64,000 bases of DNA from an uncultured Eubacteriales bacterium (lineage in GTDB: Bacteria > Bacillota > Clostridia > Christensenellales > CAG-917). The notes under the pieces were generated by a model. That model did not search any database. It worked only from the letters and a program-made list of their open reading frames with translations, and was not told the DNA's origin. The position numbers were made by a program, and so were the translations under genes. Numbering within the stretch: position 1 is the stretch's first letter; every line of letters begins with the position of its first letter. The stretch lies in NCBI GenBank assembly GCA_900322215.1, contig ONYW01000004.1:1015-65014 (forward strand), written 5' to 3'. Shown here piece by piece: positions 24,267 to 35,400 of the stretch.

Positions 24267-25787
24267 TTATAGTATCTCAAGATTTTTGCCGAATACCGCT
24301 TTGAAGTCTGCCGCCGCGCTCATCGCGTCCTTGACTTCGAGCGAGCAGTCTCTACCGTCTTCCGTCTCCGTCTTGACGATGACGCTGTCGCCGAGTACGT
24401 CGCAGCTGATGCCTGTCACGACGCCGCTCATACTGCGGTCAAAACTCTCCGCAATACGGAGAATAACGCTGAGTTTTTTGATAGCCTCAACGTCCTCCGC
24501 CGTCAAGATGTCCTTGTACTTTATGAGGTCCTCTTTTGCAAACTCTACCTTTCTGTGTCCTGACGCCACAAAGGACGCAACGATGATGTCCTTGTGCGGA
24601 ACGCCGTAGAGGTTGGAGTTGAGAATGATATAACTCGAATGCAGTTGATGGTTGTAGTATTTGATTCTCATACCGCTATCGTGAAGGAGTGCGGCGATTT
24701 TGAGAACGCGGACGTACATTCTTGACATCTTGTGCAAGACTTTGAGTTGCTTGAAGAGTTGTATCGAGAGGTTGTAGACGTGTTCGGCGTGCGCGATATT
24801 GATATCGAAATACCTCATTTGCGTATAGAGCGAATGGCCGAGGACGTCGGAGAGCGGTCTCTCGTTGACGCTTGGCACCGCGTATCTGAACATTGCGCCC
24901 TCTCTGAGTCCGCAACCGCTTATCGTTATCTTGGAAAACTCGAAGCGAGAAAGCACTGCTTTCATCTCGGCAAGCGCGCTCGGGAAGATGTCCGCGCGTC
25001 CGCTTGACAGGCCCTTGATTTTCATCGTGCTGTCGAGGTCGAGTTTCTTTATCGTGTTGTAGATATTGTCAAACTCAGCGGTAGAAAGTTCGTAGTTGTG
25101 AGTCATATTGAAAGGATACTTCTTTATCATACGGCTGATTCTGCCGAGATTTCTGAAAGATCCGCCCACGCCGACAAACGCCGTGTCAGGTTCGACCTGA
25201 TCGAGCCAGGTGACTTTTTCAAGTTGTTCGCCGATAAACTCTTCGATCTTCTTCGCCCTCTCCTGCGGTTCGCTTCCGTCGTTTTTGAAGAGGTCGGTGA
25301 GCGTAACTGCGCCAAAGGGCAAAGACTCATAGTGAATGAGGTTTCTGCGGTTGTAATAGATAAGGTTTGTAGAACCGCCGCCCATTTCCATAATGAGTCC
25401 CTTTGGAATGTCCATAGAGTTGATGACTCCCTGGTAGACGAGCATCGCTTGTTCCTCTACGCTGAGGACTTTAATTTTGATACCGCAAGTCATAGCGACT
25501 TCGTCGAGAAAACTCTTTTGGTTTTTCGCGCGTCTCACCGCCGCAGTCGCGTATGCAAAAATCTTATCGACGTGGTTCGCATCACACAGGCGGCGGAACA
25601 TTGTAAGCGTCTTTATCGTTTGGGCGATTCGTTGCGGCTTGATAAAGCCGTCCCAGTCCATATCCTGTCCAAGACGCACCGTCTCTTTGAGCTCGTCGAA
25701 GACGACAAAATAGCCGCCGTCAAGAACGTTGACAAGAACAAGGCGAGCAGAGTTTGATCCGAGGTCGATAATTCCGATTTTTTCCAT
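24267..25787 (-). CDS. ppx: Ppx/GppA-family exopolyphosphatase with an HD domain
   Basis: Start at MEKIGIIDLGSNSARLV with an RBS. ASKHA N-half and LLHDSG HD motif. Confidence 0.85.
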   Translation of the reverse strand: MEKIGIIDLGSNSARLVLVNVLDGGYFVVFDELKETVRLGQDMDWDGFIKPQRIAQTIKTLTMFRRLCDANHVDKIFAYATAAVRRAKNQKSFLDEVAMTCGIKIKVLSVEEQAMLVYQGVINSMDIPKGLIMEMGGGSTNLIYYNRRNLIHYESLPFGAVTLTDLFKNDGSEPQERAKKIEEFIGEQLEKVTWLDQVEPDTAFVGVGGSFRNLGRISRMIKKYPFNMTHNYELSTAEFDNIYNTIKKLDLDSTMKIKGLSSGRADIFPSALAEMKAVLSRFEFSKITISGCGLREGAMFRYAVPSVNERPLSDVLGHSLYTQMRYFDINIAHAEHVYNLSIQLFKQLKVLHKMSRMYVRVLKIAALLHDSGMRIKYYNHQLHSSYIILNSNLYGVPHKDIIVASFVASGHRKVEFAKEDLIKYKDILTAEDVEAIKKLSVILRIAESFDRSMSGVVTGISCDVLGDSVIVKTETEDGRDCSLEVKDAMSAAADFKAVFGKNLEIL

Positions 25788-25954
25788 ATATATTCTCCTA
25801 TTTTGCTTTCGCAAATTGCCCTTGCTACTTATGGGCAAAATTAGATTTACAATATTTGCAAATTAAACGCATAGGCGCAAAGAGCGTATCGTCCTATCCT
25901 GCGTTCAACTTGTTTGAGGGACTTTCTCAAAAAACGAACGCCCCGCAATATAAA

Positions 25955-25967
25955 GGGTCGAAGACCC
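25955..25967 (-). terminator. GAA/TTC-triloop hairpin abutting the rnfB stop
   Basis: In minus sense, GGGTC-ttc-GACCC followed by TTTATATT. Confidence 0.5.
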
Positions 25968-26783
25968 TCAGTCGAGTTTTTTGATGCACTTTGCAGGGCA
26001 CTTGTCCGCGCAAAGTCCGCAACCTATGCACTTTGAATAGTCGATGTGCGGGAGGTTGTCCACCATCTCGATAGCCCCCTGCGGGCAATTCTTGGCGCAA
26101 AGACCGCAACCGAGGCAGCCGACTTTGCATATCGCTCTCACGTCCTTTCCGCCGCGCAGGCAGTTGGAGCAAGCAACGTACACTTTTGCGTCGGCAGGTA
26201 TACGCTTCGTCAAGAATTTCGGGCAAGCCGTTATGCACTTTCCGCACTTGATGCACTTCTCGTCGTCGACGACCGCATAGCCGTCCATACCGACTTCTAT
26301 CGCGTGCGTCGGGCAGGCGTCCGTGCAAGAACCCATGCCGAGGCAACCCCAAGAACATTGTTTTCTGCCACCGGCAAGAAGTTCCATACTCTTGCAGTTG
26401 CCGTAGCCCATATATTCGTATTTGTCAACCGCGTTGTTTCCGCCGTTGCAGGCGACGACTATACGGGTTGGCTGAGCGTCGACGGAGACGCCCATAATTT
26501 GACCGATAACCTTCTTGTTTTCGGCAGACGTCGCGTTGCAAAGATTCACGTCCGCTTTGCCCTCGACTACCGCCTTTGCAAATGCGTCGCAGCCGGCATA
26601 GCCGCAACCGCCGCAGTTTGCACCCGAAAGTTTTGAACGCACTTGACCGATTCTTTCGTCCTCTTTGACCGCGAGTTTTTTCCCACAGAACGCAAGGACG
26701 ACGCCGAACACGAGCGCGAGCACGAGGAGGACTATCGTTGACCAAAGTATCGTCATTGGATTAACGTCACAAAGAATCATCAT
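25968..26783 (-). CDS. rnfB: Rnf complex subunit B (polyferredoxin)
   Basis: N-terminal TM helix, CGGCGYAGCDAFA, and several CxxCxxCxxxCP motifs. Confidence 0.9.
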   Translation of the reverse strand: MMILCDVNPMTILWSTIVLLVLALVFGVVLAFCGKKLAVKEDERIGQVRSKLSGANCGGCGYAGCDAFAKAVVEGKADVNLCNATSAENKKVIGQIMGVSVDAQPTRIVVACNGGNNAVDKYEYMGYGNCKSMELLAGGRKQCSWGCLGMGSCTDACPTHAIEVGMDGYAVVDDEKCIKCGKCITACPKFLTKRIPADAKVYVACSNCLRGGKDVRAICKVGCLGCGLCAKNCPQGAIEMVDNLPHIDYSKCIGCGLCADKCPAKCIKKLD

Positions 26784-26797
26784 AATCTTTCACCTCC

Positions 26798-27385
26798 TTA
26801 GCCCAAGAGTCCGCCGAACGCGACGAACGCCATACTCATAATACTTGCCGTGATGAGCGTGATCGGGAAACCTCTGAACGGCTTTGGAACGAGATCCAAG
26901 TCCATACGCTCACGGATGCCCGCAAGCAGGAGTATCGCGATAGTAAAGCCCGCGCCGCTGAACACGCCGTTAAGGAAAGACTGAAGCAGGCTTGCCGCTC
27001 CCGCAGTGCCGTAAGTGCTGATGTTGAGGATTGCCACACCCAAGACCGCGCAGTTTGTGGTAATGAGCGGGAGATATACGCCGAGTGCCGAGTAGAGTGC
27101 CGGCATAAAGCGTTTCAAGACCATTTCGATGATTTGAACGAGCGCGGCGATGACGAGAATAAACGCTATCGTTTGGAGATATTCGATTCCCGCCGCGACG
27201 AGCAACTTTTGAATGAGCCAGGTGAATATGCTCGCCACGCCCATGACGAAGATGACCGCAAGTCCCATACCGAGCGCGGTATCCGTCTTTTTGGACACGC
27301 CGAGGAACGGACAAATGCCGAGGAATTGGCAAAGGACGAAGTTGTTGACAAACATTGCGCCGATGATTAGCAAGAAATATTGCAT
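26798..27385 (-). CDS. rnfA: Rnf complex subunit A
   Basis: FVNNFVLCQFLGICPFLGVSKK, 6 TM helices. Confidence 0.9.
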   Translation of the reverse strand: MQYFLLIIGAMFVNNFVLCQFLGICPFLGVSKKTDTALGMGLAVIFVMGVASIFTWLIQKLLVAAGIEYLQTIAFILVIAALVQIIEMVLKRFMPALYSALGVYLPLITTNCAVLGVAILNISTYGTAGAASLLQSFLNGVFSGAGFTIAILLLAGIRERMDLDLVPKPFRGFPITLITASIMSMAFVAFGGLLG

Positions 27386-27386
27386 A

Positions 27387-28127
27387 TTATGCCTCCTCCT
27401 TTACTGTATTTTCTTTGTTTGATTTCTCGACTTCGTGAGCGACTTCGAGGGCTTTTTTGAGTTTTTCCTGATGTTCCTTATCCTTCTTTTCCTTGTTCTT
27501 ATCGCCGATGTAGTTGATAAGAGCCATAAGGAGACCGAGCGTCAAGAAACCCCCCGCAGGAAGCACGAGAATACCGAGAGAATAATCCGGAAGGCTTCCG
27601 AGCGTAATGCCGAACTCGAGTGAGCCGAGCGAGCCTTTGAAGATAGTACCCGCGCCGAGGAGTTCTCTAACAAAACCGATGACGGTGAGCGCGCAAGTAA
27701 AGCCGAGTCCCATGCCGAGTCCGTCGAGAATGGAGTCGCCGACTTTGTTCATAGAAGCAAACGCCTCCGCACGCGCCAAAATGATACAGTTGACGACAAT
27801 GAGCGGCAGGTATATGCCGAGTGCGCTATACAGCGTCGGCACAAACTTTTTGAGCAACATTTCAAGCATAGTGACAAACGTCGCTATGATGAGAACGTAC
27901 GCCGGGATTCTCACCTTGTCGGGGATCACTTTGCGAAGCAAAGATACGAGTGCGTTCGAGCAAATGAGTACGACGGTCGCCGCAAGTCCCATACCGAGAC
28001 CGTTGAATGCGGACGTCGTGACCGCAAGCGTCGGGCACATACCGAGCACGAGACGGAAGGTCGGGTTTTGCGTGATAATGCCGTTTTTGACAATAGCCAT
28101 TTTATTGCTTAAAAATTGACCTTTCAT
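27387..28127 (-). CDS. rnfE: Rnf complex subunit E
   Basis: QNPTFRLVLGMCPTLAVTTSAFNGLGMG. Has a Lys/Glu-rich C-terminal tail. Confidence 0.9.
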   Translation of the reverse strand: MKGQFLSNKMAIVKNGIITQNPTFRLVLGMCPTLAVTTSAFNGLGMGLAATVVLICSNALVSLLRKVIPDKVRIPAYVLIIATFVTMLEMLLKKFVPTLYSALGIYLPLIVVNCIILARAEAFASMNKVGDSILDGLGMGLGFTCALTVIGFVRELLGAGTIFKGSLGSLEFGITLGSLPDYSLGILVLPAGGFLTLGLLMALINYIGDKNKEKKDKEHQEKLKKALEVAHEVEKSNKENTVKEEA

Positions 28128-28819
28128 GCGTTAGCACCTCCCTTGCTCTTGTATGCCGCCGCCGTGACGACGATGGCGTTGACGACAGCCTTTGTCGTCT
28201 TGGTCGCGCCCGAGATATACACGGGTGAACCCTTTGCGTCCTTGCTTCCCGCCTCTTGTTCGAGTTCGACGGCGGAGAGTTCGAGCCCGTTGTACTTGTC
28301 GAGGTTGGCTTGTTTCAAGACGTTGCCGCCGATAGACGCGGTTTCGCCCGATTCGTACACGATGATATTGTCAACCTTGCCGTCTTTGACGCAAACGACA
28401 AAACCTATCGTGCCGTCGTATGCACCGCTTGCCGTGACGTAGAACGCCGATACGTTGTCCGTCACCTTGTAGACCGCGTTGACTTTGCTCTTGCCGACGG
28501 AGAGTACGCTATACTCGCTCGTCACGTTTTGAACGGTGTCCGCCGCCACGCCGTATTTGTTTCCGACCTGCGACTTTATGGTCTGTTCGGGGTCGACGTA
28601 CGTCACCCAGTTGATGACGCCGAGCAACACGCCCGCCACCGCCGCGATAAGCACAAGCACGAGCGCGCACTTGACGATGTCGTTCAAAGGTTTCACCTTT
28701 CTATTTTTCTTCACATTTCTTTCAGACTGTTCGTTTTCTACTTGCGGAGCAAGATTTTCTTTCTCTTCCGCAGATTGAACGTCTTCGTTTAACGTCAAGG
28801 AGACTTGATCTTCAGCCAT
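28124..28819 (-). CDS. rnfG: Rnf complex subunit G (FMN-binding)
   Basis: Start at MAEDQ (cat at 28817-28819, GGAGG RBS). FMN_bind motif ISGATKTT. Confidence 0.85.
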   Translation of the reverse strand: MAEDQVSLTLNEDVQSAEEKENLAPQVENEQSERNVKKNRKVKPLNDIVKCALVLVLIAAVAGVLLGVINWVTYVDPEQTIKSQVGNKYGVAADTVQNVTSEYSVLSVGKSKVNAVYKVTDNVSAFYVTASGAYDGTIGFVVCVKDGKVDNIIVYESGETASIGGNVLKQANLDKYNGLELSAVELEQEAGSKDAKGSPVYISGATKTTKAVVNAIVVTAAAYKSKGGANA

Positions 28820-29915
28820 TTTGCGCCTCCTTTTCTTCAGATTTGTTCTTCTTGCCGAGTTTTGCAAAGAACTCTTTTATTTTTTGACTGTTCGTAATCC
28901 ACTTGCTCTTCACGCCGAACGTGCGAGGAACGATCTTTTCAAGAAGTGGTGTGAGCACGTTCATAAGAAGAATTGCAAACGACACGCCCTCGTTCATAGA
29001 GCCGAACTTTCTGAATATAACCGTGAGGAAGCCGAGCCCGATGCCGTAGATAGTGACGGCAAGCGGAGCCTTCGGAGACGTCGCATAGTCCGTCGCCATA
29101 AAGAACGCACCGAACATGAGACCGCCGCCAAGGAGATACGTCCACACGTATTCTCCGACGTATCCGCTGTTCGCAAAGAAGATAGCCGTGAACACGACCG
29201 TGGAGCCGATGTAAAGCACGGGGATTCTCCAGTCGATAACTCTCTTAACGAGCAAATAGCATGCGCCGATAAGCACTGCAAGCGTGCTGACTTCACCCGC
29301 GCTACCGCCTATTCTGCCCAAGAACATATCGAGAGCGGAAAGCCCTTCGGCTGGATTTGCACCGCCTGCGATAGCCTCTTTGACAGCCGCGAGCGGAGTT
29401 GCGCTCGTGATAGCATCGGGGAGTTTGATGTTGACGATATTCTCAAAATACGAGAACAGGTTCATGCCGTCCGAGAGGTCGATAGGCTTGACAAAATTGG
29501 TCATAACGCCCGCCCAGCAGAGCATGAGGAAAATCCTTGCGGTAATGGCGGGGTTTGCGAAGTTCCTGCCTATACCGCCAAACAACATTTTGACGATGAG
29601 AATCGCAAAGAAACTGCCCACCATCGGCACGTAGAACGGCACGACGGGCGGAAGGTTGAGAGCAAGGATCATACCCGTGACGATAGCCGACAAATCCTTT
29701 ATCGACTGATCGCGCTTCGTGATGAGGTTGAACAACCACTCCGCAAGCACGGCGGAGCCAACGCTCAACACCATGATGAAGATAGGATACAATCCGTAGA
29801 TGAGAAACGCCGCAATTGTCGCGGGGATAAGCGCGATGATGACGTCGAGCATAATCTTTTGCGTCGTCGTCTTGGACGTAATATGCGGGGATGATGAAAC
29901 TATGTATTTTGCCAT
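28812..29915 (-). CDS. rnfD: Rnf complex subunit D
   Basis: Start at MAKYIVSSSPHITS. NqrB/RnfD pattern with an SGAT-type flavinylation region. Confidence 0.9.
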   Translation of the reverse strand: MAKYIVSSSPHITSKTTTQKIMLDVIIALIPATIAAFLIYGLYPIFIMVLSVGSAVLAEWLFNLITKRDQSIKDLSAIVTGMILALNLPPVVPFYVPMVGSFFAILIVKMLFGGIGRNFANPAITARIFLMLCWAGVMTNFVKPIDLSDGMNLFSYFENIVNIKLPDAITSATPLAAVKEAIAGGANPAEGLSALDMFLGRIGGSAGEVSTLAVLIGACYLLVKRVIDWRIPVLYIGSTVVFTAIFFANSGYVGEYVWTYLLGGGLMFGAFFMATDYATSPKAPLAVTIYGIGLGFLTVIFRKFGSMNEGVSFAILLMNVLTPLLEKIVPRTFGVKSKWITNSQKIKEFFAKLGKKNKSEEKEAQNG

Positions 29916-29916
29916 A

Positions 29917-31215
29917 TCACTTCTTCCCCCTCGATCTAATTTCTTTCTTTGCAAGGCGAATCGCTTGAACGAGCGGACGCTTTGCAGGACAAATGAACGC
30001 GCAAGAGCCGCACTCGATGCAGTTCATCGCGCCGAGTTTCGCAGCCCTGTCAATGTCTTTCTTTATGACCGCGCGCTCCAAGTCGCGTGGCACGAGGTTC
30101 ATCGGGCAATGCGTGATACATCTGCCGCAATTTATGCACTGAGTCGGTTCGACTTCGCTGAATTGCTTGTGAGAGAGGAACAAAAGACTCGACGTACCCT
30201 TTGTCGTAACCGGGCGAAGATCCGCCTGTGCAAATCCCATCATAGGACCGCCGTTTATGACCTTGTTCGTCATACATTCTTCCACTTCTCCGCGGAGAGT
30301 GTCATATATGAACGTAAAAGGAATACCGCCTCTCACCCAGTAGTTGCCCGCCTTTTCAACGCCGTCGCCGGACACCGTCATCGCGCGCTTGAAGAGAGTC
30401 TCGCCCTCAAACACCGCCTTTGCGATAGAATATGCCGTGTGCGTGTTGGAAACGACGCAACCGACCTGCGCGGGAAGTCCGCCCGCAGGGACGACTCTCT
30501 TTGTGACAGCATAGATGATTTGCTTTTCCGCGCCTTGCGGATATTTCGTTTTGAGCGGAACGATCTCCACACCGCCGTTTGCGGCTTCTTTCATGATTTT
30601 GATCGCTTCCGGTTTGTTGTTTTCAATGGCGATATAGCCCTTTTCGACGCCGAGTGCTTTCATGAGAAGTTTCGTTCCCTCAACCACGTCCTTTGCGTGT
30701 TCCACAAACAAGCGGTAGTCGCAAGTGATATACGGTTCGCACTCCGCCCCGTTGATAATGAGCGTATCGACAGGATCTTTCGGAGAGAGTTTTACGTGAG
30801 TCGGGAAGGTCGCGCCGCCCATACCCACGATGCCTGCGTCCTTGACGCGTTGCAAAATTTCCTCTTTTGTAGGATTCTCGAGCTTAGGCAAACGGAATGG
30901 CTCATACTTGAAATCGTTTTCGATCTCGATATGATCCACCATTTGACCGATAGCCGTAGGAAGTTTTACGATTTTCTTGACGGTTCCCGAAACAGACGAA
31001 AAAACGGGTGCGGAAACAAATCCGCCCGCTTCACCGACCATCTGCCCCTCGAGCACGTGATCGCCGACGTTCACGACAGGTTTTGCGGGAGCGCCGATGT
31101 GCTGGGACAAAGATATGTAAACTGCTTCAGGTACCGGGAAATCCGCAAGAGGAACATCCTTCGTGAACTTGCTCGCCGCTGGGTGCACACCATGGCGAAA
31201 AGTTTTGAGTGCCAT
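29917..31215 (-). CDS. rnfC: Rnf complex subunit C
   Basis: SLSQHIGAPAKPVV, GMGGATFPTHVK, and two 4Fe-4S motifs (CINCGRCITHCP and CIECGSCAFICP). Confidence 0.92.
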   Translation of the reverse strand: MALKTFRHGVHPAASKFTKDVPLADFPVPEAVYISLSQHIGAPAKPVVNVGDHVLEGQMVGEAGGFVSAPVFSSVSGTVKKIVKLPTAIGQMVDHIEIENDFKYEPFRLPKLENPTKEEILQRVKDAGIVGMGGATFPTHVKLSPKDPVDTLIINGAECEPYITCDYRLFVEHAKDVVEGTKLLMKALGVEKGYIAIENNKPEAIKIMKEAANGGVEIVPLKTKYPQGAEKQIIYAVTKRVVPAGGLPAQVGCVVSNTHTAYSIAKAVFEGETLFKRAMTVSGDGVEKAGNYWVRGGIPFTFIYDTLRGEVEECMTNKVINGGPMMGFAQADLRPVTTKGTSSLLFLSHKQFSEVEPTQCINCGRCITHCPMNLVPRDLERAVIKKDIDRAAKLGAMNCIECGSCAFICPAKRPLVQAIRLAKKEIRSRGKK

Positions 31216-31300
31216 AAATTTACTACCTTCTAAAAAGTATTTTCGCCCGCACGCAAACGCGCACGAGTTATATCATTGATGATTATACAATAAAAATAAC

Positions 31301-31696
31301 CTAATGTAAATACCCAATTTTGCGGATTTGTATTATTTTCGTGGTTAGACTGCCGATTCCGACCAAGCACAGGAAGCCTCCGTACACCCGTCTCAGCACT
31401 TCCGAGCCCGCGTTTACCGCAAACAGCGACACGCATACGCAACAGGCTACGGCAGGCAATATGAGAAACAAAACATCCTTCGTCTCTATCATCCCGTTTT
31501 TTGCGTGCGACAAAAGAGCAACCCCGCCCGTCGGCACAAACGACAACAAGTTGACAGCTTGCGCCGTCAGTTGCGACACGCCGAGAAACAGCACGAGTAT
31601 AGGAATAGTGAGCGTCCCGCCACCCATGCCGAGCCCTGCAAGCAGTCCGCCTGCAAAACCGGCAAGTATAAGAAATATAATTTTCATTTTCTCCAT
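31301..31696 (-). CDS. TauE/SafE-family transporter, C-terminal-half gene
   Basis: GFAGGLLAGLGMGGGTLTIPILVLFLG, about 4 TM helices. Confidence 0.7.
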   Translation of the reverse strand: MEKMKIIFLILAGFAGGLLAGLGMGGGTLTIPILVLFLGVSQLTAQAVNLLSFVPTGGVALLSHAKNGMIETKDVLFLILPAVACCVCVSLFAVNAGSEVLRRVYGGFLCLVGIGSLTTKIIQIRKIGYLH

Positions 31697-31753
31697 ATTT
31701 TTGCAAAATCGAGAGTTTAACGCTCGATTTTGCAATATTAAGTGCTTATTGTG

Positions 31754-32197
31754 TTAAAACAGCATTTTGAGACCTGCGAAGATTATAAGAAAATTAAAGG
31801 CGAGAAAGAGCAGGTTTTCGGGCAAATATTTGAGGAGTTTCGCTCCCAAAATTCCGCCCGCGACAACGCCTATAACGGTTGGTGCAAGCACGGCGATGTC
31901 CACCGCGTTCGAGGCGATATACACCGCTCCGCTGCATACGCATAGCGGGAGCATGACAAGTATTGCAGTCGCATGCGCCCGCCTCTCTGCGATGCCTCCG
32001 ATGAAGATGAGCGCGGGGACGGCAAGCATGCCTCCGCCCGCCCCGAACAGTCCGTTCACCGCGCCGATAACGAGTCCCGCAAGAGCGTACAGCGCGAGTT
32101 TTGCCAAACGTTTTTTCTTGTCGTCCTCTTGAAATTTTCTCGTTTCGTATCTTTTTGCGACTGAAATTCTTGCCGCAGGTATCGAAATCTCCGCCAC
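31754..32197 (-). CDS. TauE/SafE-family transporter, N-terminal-half gene
   Basis: GLVIGAVNGLFGAGGGMLAVPALIFIGG, about 4 TM helices. Confidence 0.7.
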   Translation of the reverse strand: MAEISIPAARISVAKRYETRKFQEDDKKKRLAKLALYALAGLVIGAVNGLFGAGGGMLAVPALIFIGGIAERRAHATAILVMLPLCVCSGAVYIASNAVDIAVLAPTVIGVVAGGILGAKLLKYLPENLLFLAFNFLIIFAGLKMLF

Positions 32198-32411
32198 CGT
32201 TTTTCCTCCGACTTCTCGGGTGTTTCACAAATAGTCTTAATAATTTTTTGCAAAGTATGAATTTTTGCAGTCATTTTGTTGCCAAATTATTGTTTTTGTA
32301 TTAAAATTACTAAGCACATTGATTTATTACCGTGCGTGAACGCGTATACGCGACGGAGCGCATGGCAAAAATCATTCGACTATGACAAAATAAATCTTAT
32401 ACAGGTTTGGT

Positions 32412-35400
32412 ATGAACAAAAAGAAATTCTTAGTTTTAGCAATTTTGATGGTTGCTCTCATCGTTCTCTCCTCCGCGCTCTTCGTCGCGTGCAACAAGAA
32501 CGACGCACAAACTGACTCCGACACTCCGTCGGAGGAATCCGAAACCATCGAACCAACCGAAGGTCTGCTGATCGCAAACAGCGACTTCAAGGTTGTCAGC
32601 ACAGACACGGAATCTTATCCGCGCACCATCACAAGTTGGTCAGGCGCAAAGACCTACTCTTCAGGCTCCTACGAGTCAGGCGTTATTGCAGGTGCGATAA
32701 GCCTCGAAGAGGCGCTCTATGCAGCCAACAAATCCACTTGGAAAGATACGGACGATAAGGGCTTGTATGCAAAGCTTACCGCAGGCGGCAGATACGGCGA
32801 CGACGACAAGATCAAGCACGCCCTCATGATCTATATGCCGAAGGCGGACGAGTCGACAGACAGCGCAAAGTACGGTCCTACCGCATACGGCTACACTTCC
32901 GCATCCTTCACGATCGCAGCGCACGCCTACTACAAACTTTCCGTGGACGTCCTCACCTATGACATCGCGGGCGATTCTTCCAACTCTTCAAACGTTCCGG
33001 GCGCAAGGATTTACCTCTCGTCCGACACGTATGCGGTGTTTGACAAAATCGACACGAAGGGCGAATGGAAGACGTACGAACTCTTCATCGAAGGTTCGGC
33101 AAGCGCGTCATCTTCACTCACGCTCAACCTCTCCCTCGGCAACTACTCGAGCACGTACCGCGACGGCTTGACCACGGGTTATGCCTTCTTTGACAACGTC
33201 GTGCTTGAAAAACTCGACAACGCAACCGCGGCAAGCGACTACGCTGCGGCAGTTGAGAGAGAACTCAATGACAACACGTACGTTCAAACAAACACACTCA
33301 AAATGCCGAACGGACGCTTTGACTTTGGTACGACGACGCTCTCTTCGACCTCCGCACCGTCCAACTGGTCGGCTGTGACGGGCAACAAGTCGGAGGACGA
33401 TCCCGCTCCGACATCTCTCGGTTACAACGCCGTCATCGACGCAAGCAAATTCTCCGAAAAATACAACACTTATTCTTCGACGTACTATCTCAAAGCCGAC
33501 GCGGATTCTGACGCTACAAGTTATGTTCCCGCAAAAGAACTCTCCGCAATAGAGACTCTCATCGGTACGCTTCCCGCAAACTCGATCGGCACGAACGTCT
33601 TTATGCTCTCTCAACAACTTATGACTGCTTCCGGTATCAGATCGTCAAAGCAAATCACCATTGAGAGAAACAAAGTTTATGCCATCTCCGCAAACGTCTT
33701 CACCTACGGTGTACACGGCGCAGGCGCATCCCTCGTTCTCACAGGCGCGGACGGCAAGGATATCACGATCAAGGGTATCTCCGCCAACGTCTCCGACAAC
33801 GCGCTCATCGGCTCTACGTCTATCAGTGCGGACGACGGCTACGTCATCGACTCCAACGTCCCGGGTGCTTCCACAATGGGTTGGAAGACCTACACCTTCT
33901 ACGTGATCGGCGACGACTACAAAGATTACAACTACAACGTGGCGATTTGGCTCGGCACTGACGGCACGAGCAAGAACACGGCTGTTTCCTACAAGAGCTA
34001 TTCAAGCGGATCCGGTTCTTCCAACTCCACGACTTACACGGCAAACGGCACGTTTGCAAACGGCTGGGTGTTCGTCGACAGCGTCTCCCTTGCTGAAATC
34101 GCGGAAAGCGATATTCCTGCGGCAACTGACGGCGTCGAATATGCAGGCGCGGATCAAATCCTCGACCTCACGGCGGCAGGCAAGTCCGACTATGTCGGCA
34201 TTTGCGTAGACCTCTCGACAGAGAATATCTTTAGCAACGCGGGCAACGGCAACGACCTCACTATCGGCAACGCGGGCACGGGCACTCAAATCGAGGGCAA
34301 CGGCACGACGCAAGCGGGCGTTCCGAACGGCTGGAAATCCAACTTTGACGTGACAAGTTCTTCATCCCCTGTCATCTCGGGCGGCATCGTCACGGACGGT
34401 CTTGTCCAAATCGATACGGAAGACAGCTTCACGCAAAGTTCAGGCAAAGGCACCTACCCCGGTATGCCATACGACATCGAAACGAAGACGGCATATATGA
34501 TGCACGCTTCAAAAGACGCATACTACGAAGTCGAAACCGCTCCGTTTGAAATCTCGGCAAACGGTTTCTATCGTCTCAGCCTCTGGGTGAAGACGGTTGA
34601 CGTCAAGTCTACGTCAGGCGTCTACGTCTACCTCCTCGACGAGGAAGGCACAACCGTTTCGAGTTTCACCGCTGTCAACACAAAGGATTCAAACGAATAC
34701 ACTTCCGACTGGCGCGAACTCACTTTCGTCATCCGCGGAAGCAAAGAAGCGGCTGAAAACTTCCACTTGAAGTTCACGCTCGGCACGGGCGACCGCTGGA
34801 CGGCAAACACTCTCACAAGCGGTGCGGCATTCGTGTCCAACATGAGCCTTACTTCAATAAATTACAAGACGTTCTCAGGCACGACGACGGGCACGTACGT
34901 CAAGTCGATCGACAGGACCTCCTCTTCGACCTACACGTTCACGAACGGCAGTTTTGACGAGTACAAACTCGACGACGACAAGCTCGATCCGACAAAGGCT
35001 CTCAAAGATCAAAGCGTTCTTGCAAATCCGACGAGTTGGACGATAAGCGACGATACGCTCAAGCCGAATTCTTCCGATTCAAAACTCGTAGCGGGCGTCT
35101 TCGCTCTTGAAAACCAAGACAGAAACCTCTACTTCAACCATAGCGCACAAACGAGCGCGGCATTCTCACTCGTTTCCGCAGGCGACTTCGACGCATTCTA
35201 CGGCGACGAATCCGCAGACACTTATCTCTCAAGCGCAAACCTTGACACGATAGGCGGCCCGAACGTTCTTGCCATCGCAAGCAACGACTCGGCGGAAAAA
35301 TATGCAGTCGGTTATGCTTCGTCCAAGTTCACCCTCTCCTCAAACGGCATCTACTCAGTCAGCGTGTTCGTCAAAGGTATGGGCGCTGAAAAGGCGAGCA

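Noticed and set aside
28821-29894. 357-aa plus-strand ORF
   Set aside because: Antisense to rnfD. Arg/His-rich composition and no RBS. Shadow ORF.
29800-31233. 477-aa plus-strand ORF
   Set aside because: It lies entirely antisense to rnfC, which has unmistakable RnfC motifs. The translation is Arg/His/Phe-rich low-complexity sequence typical of a shadow ORF on the opposite strand of a real gene.
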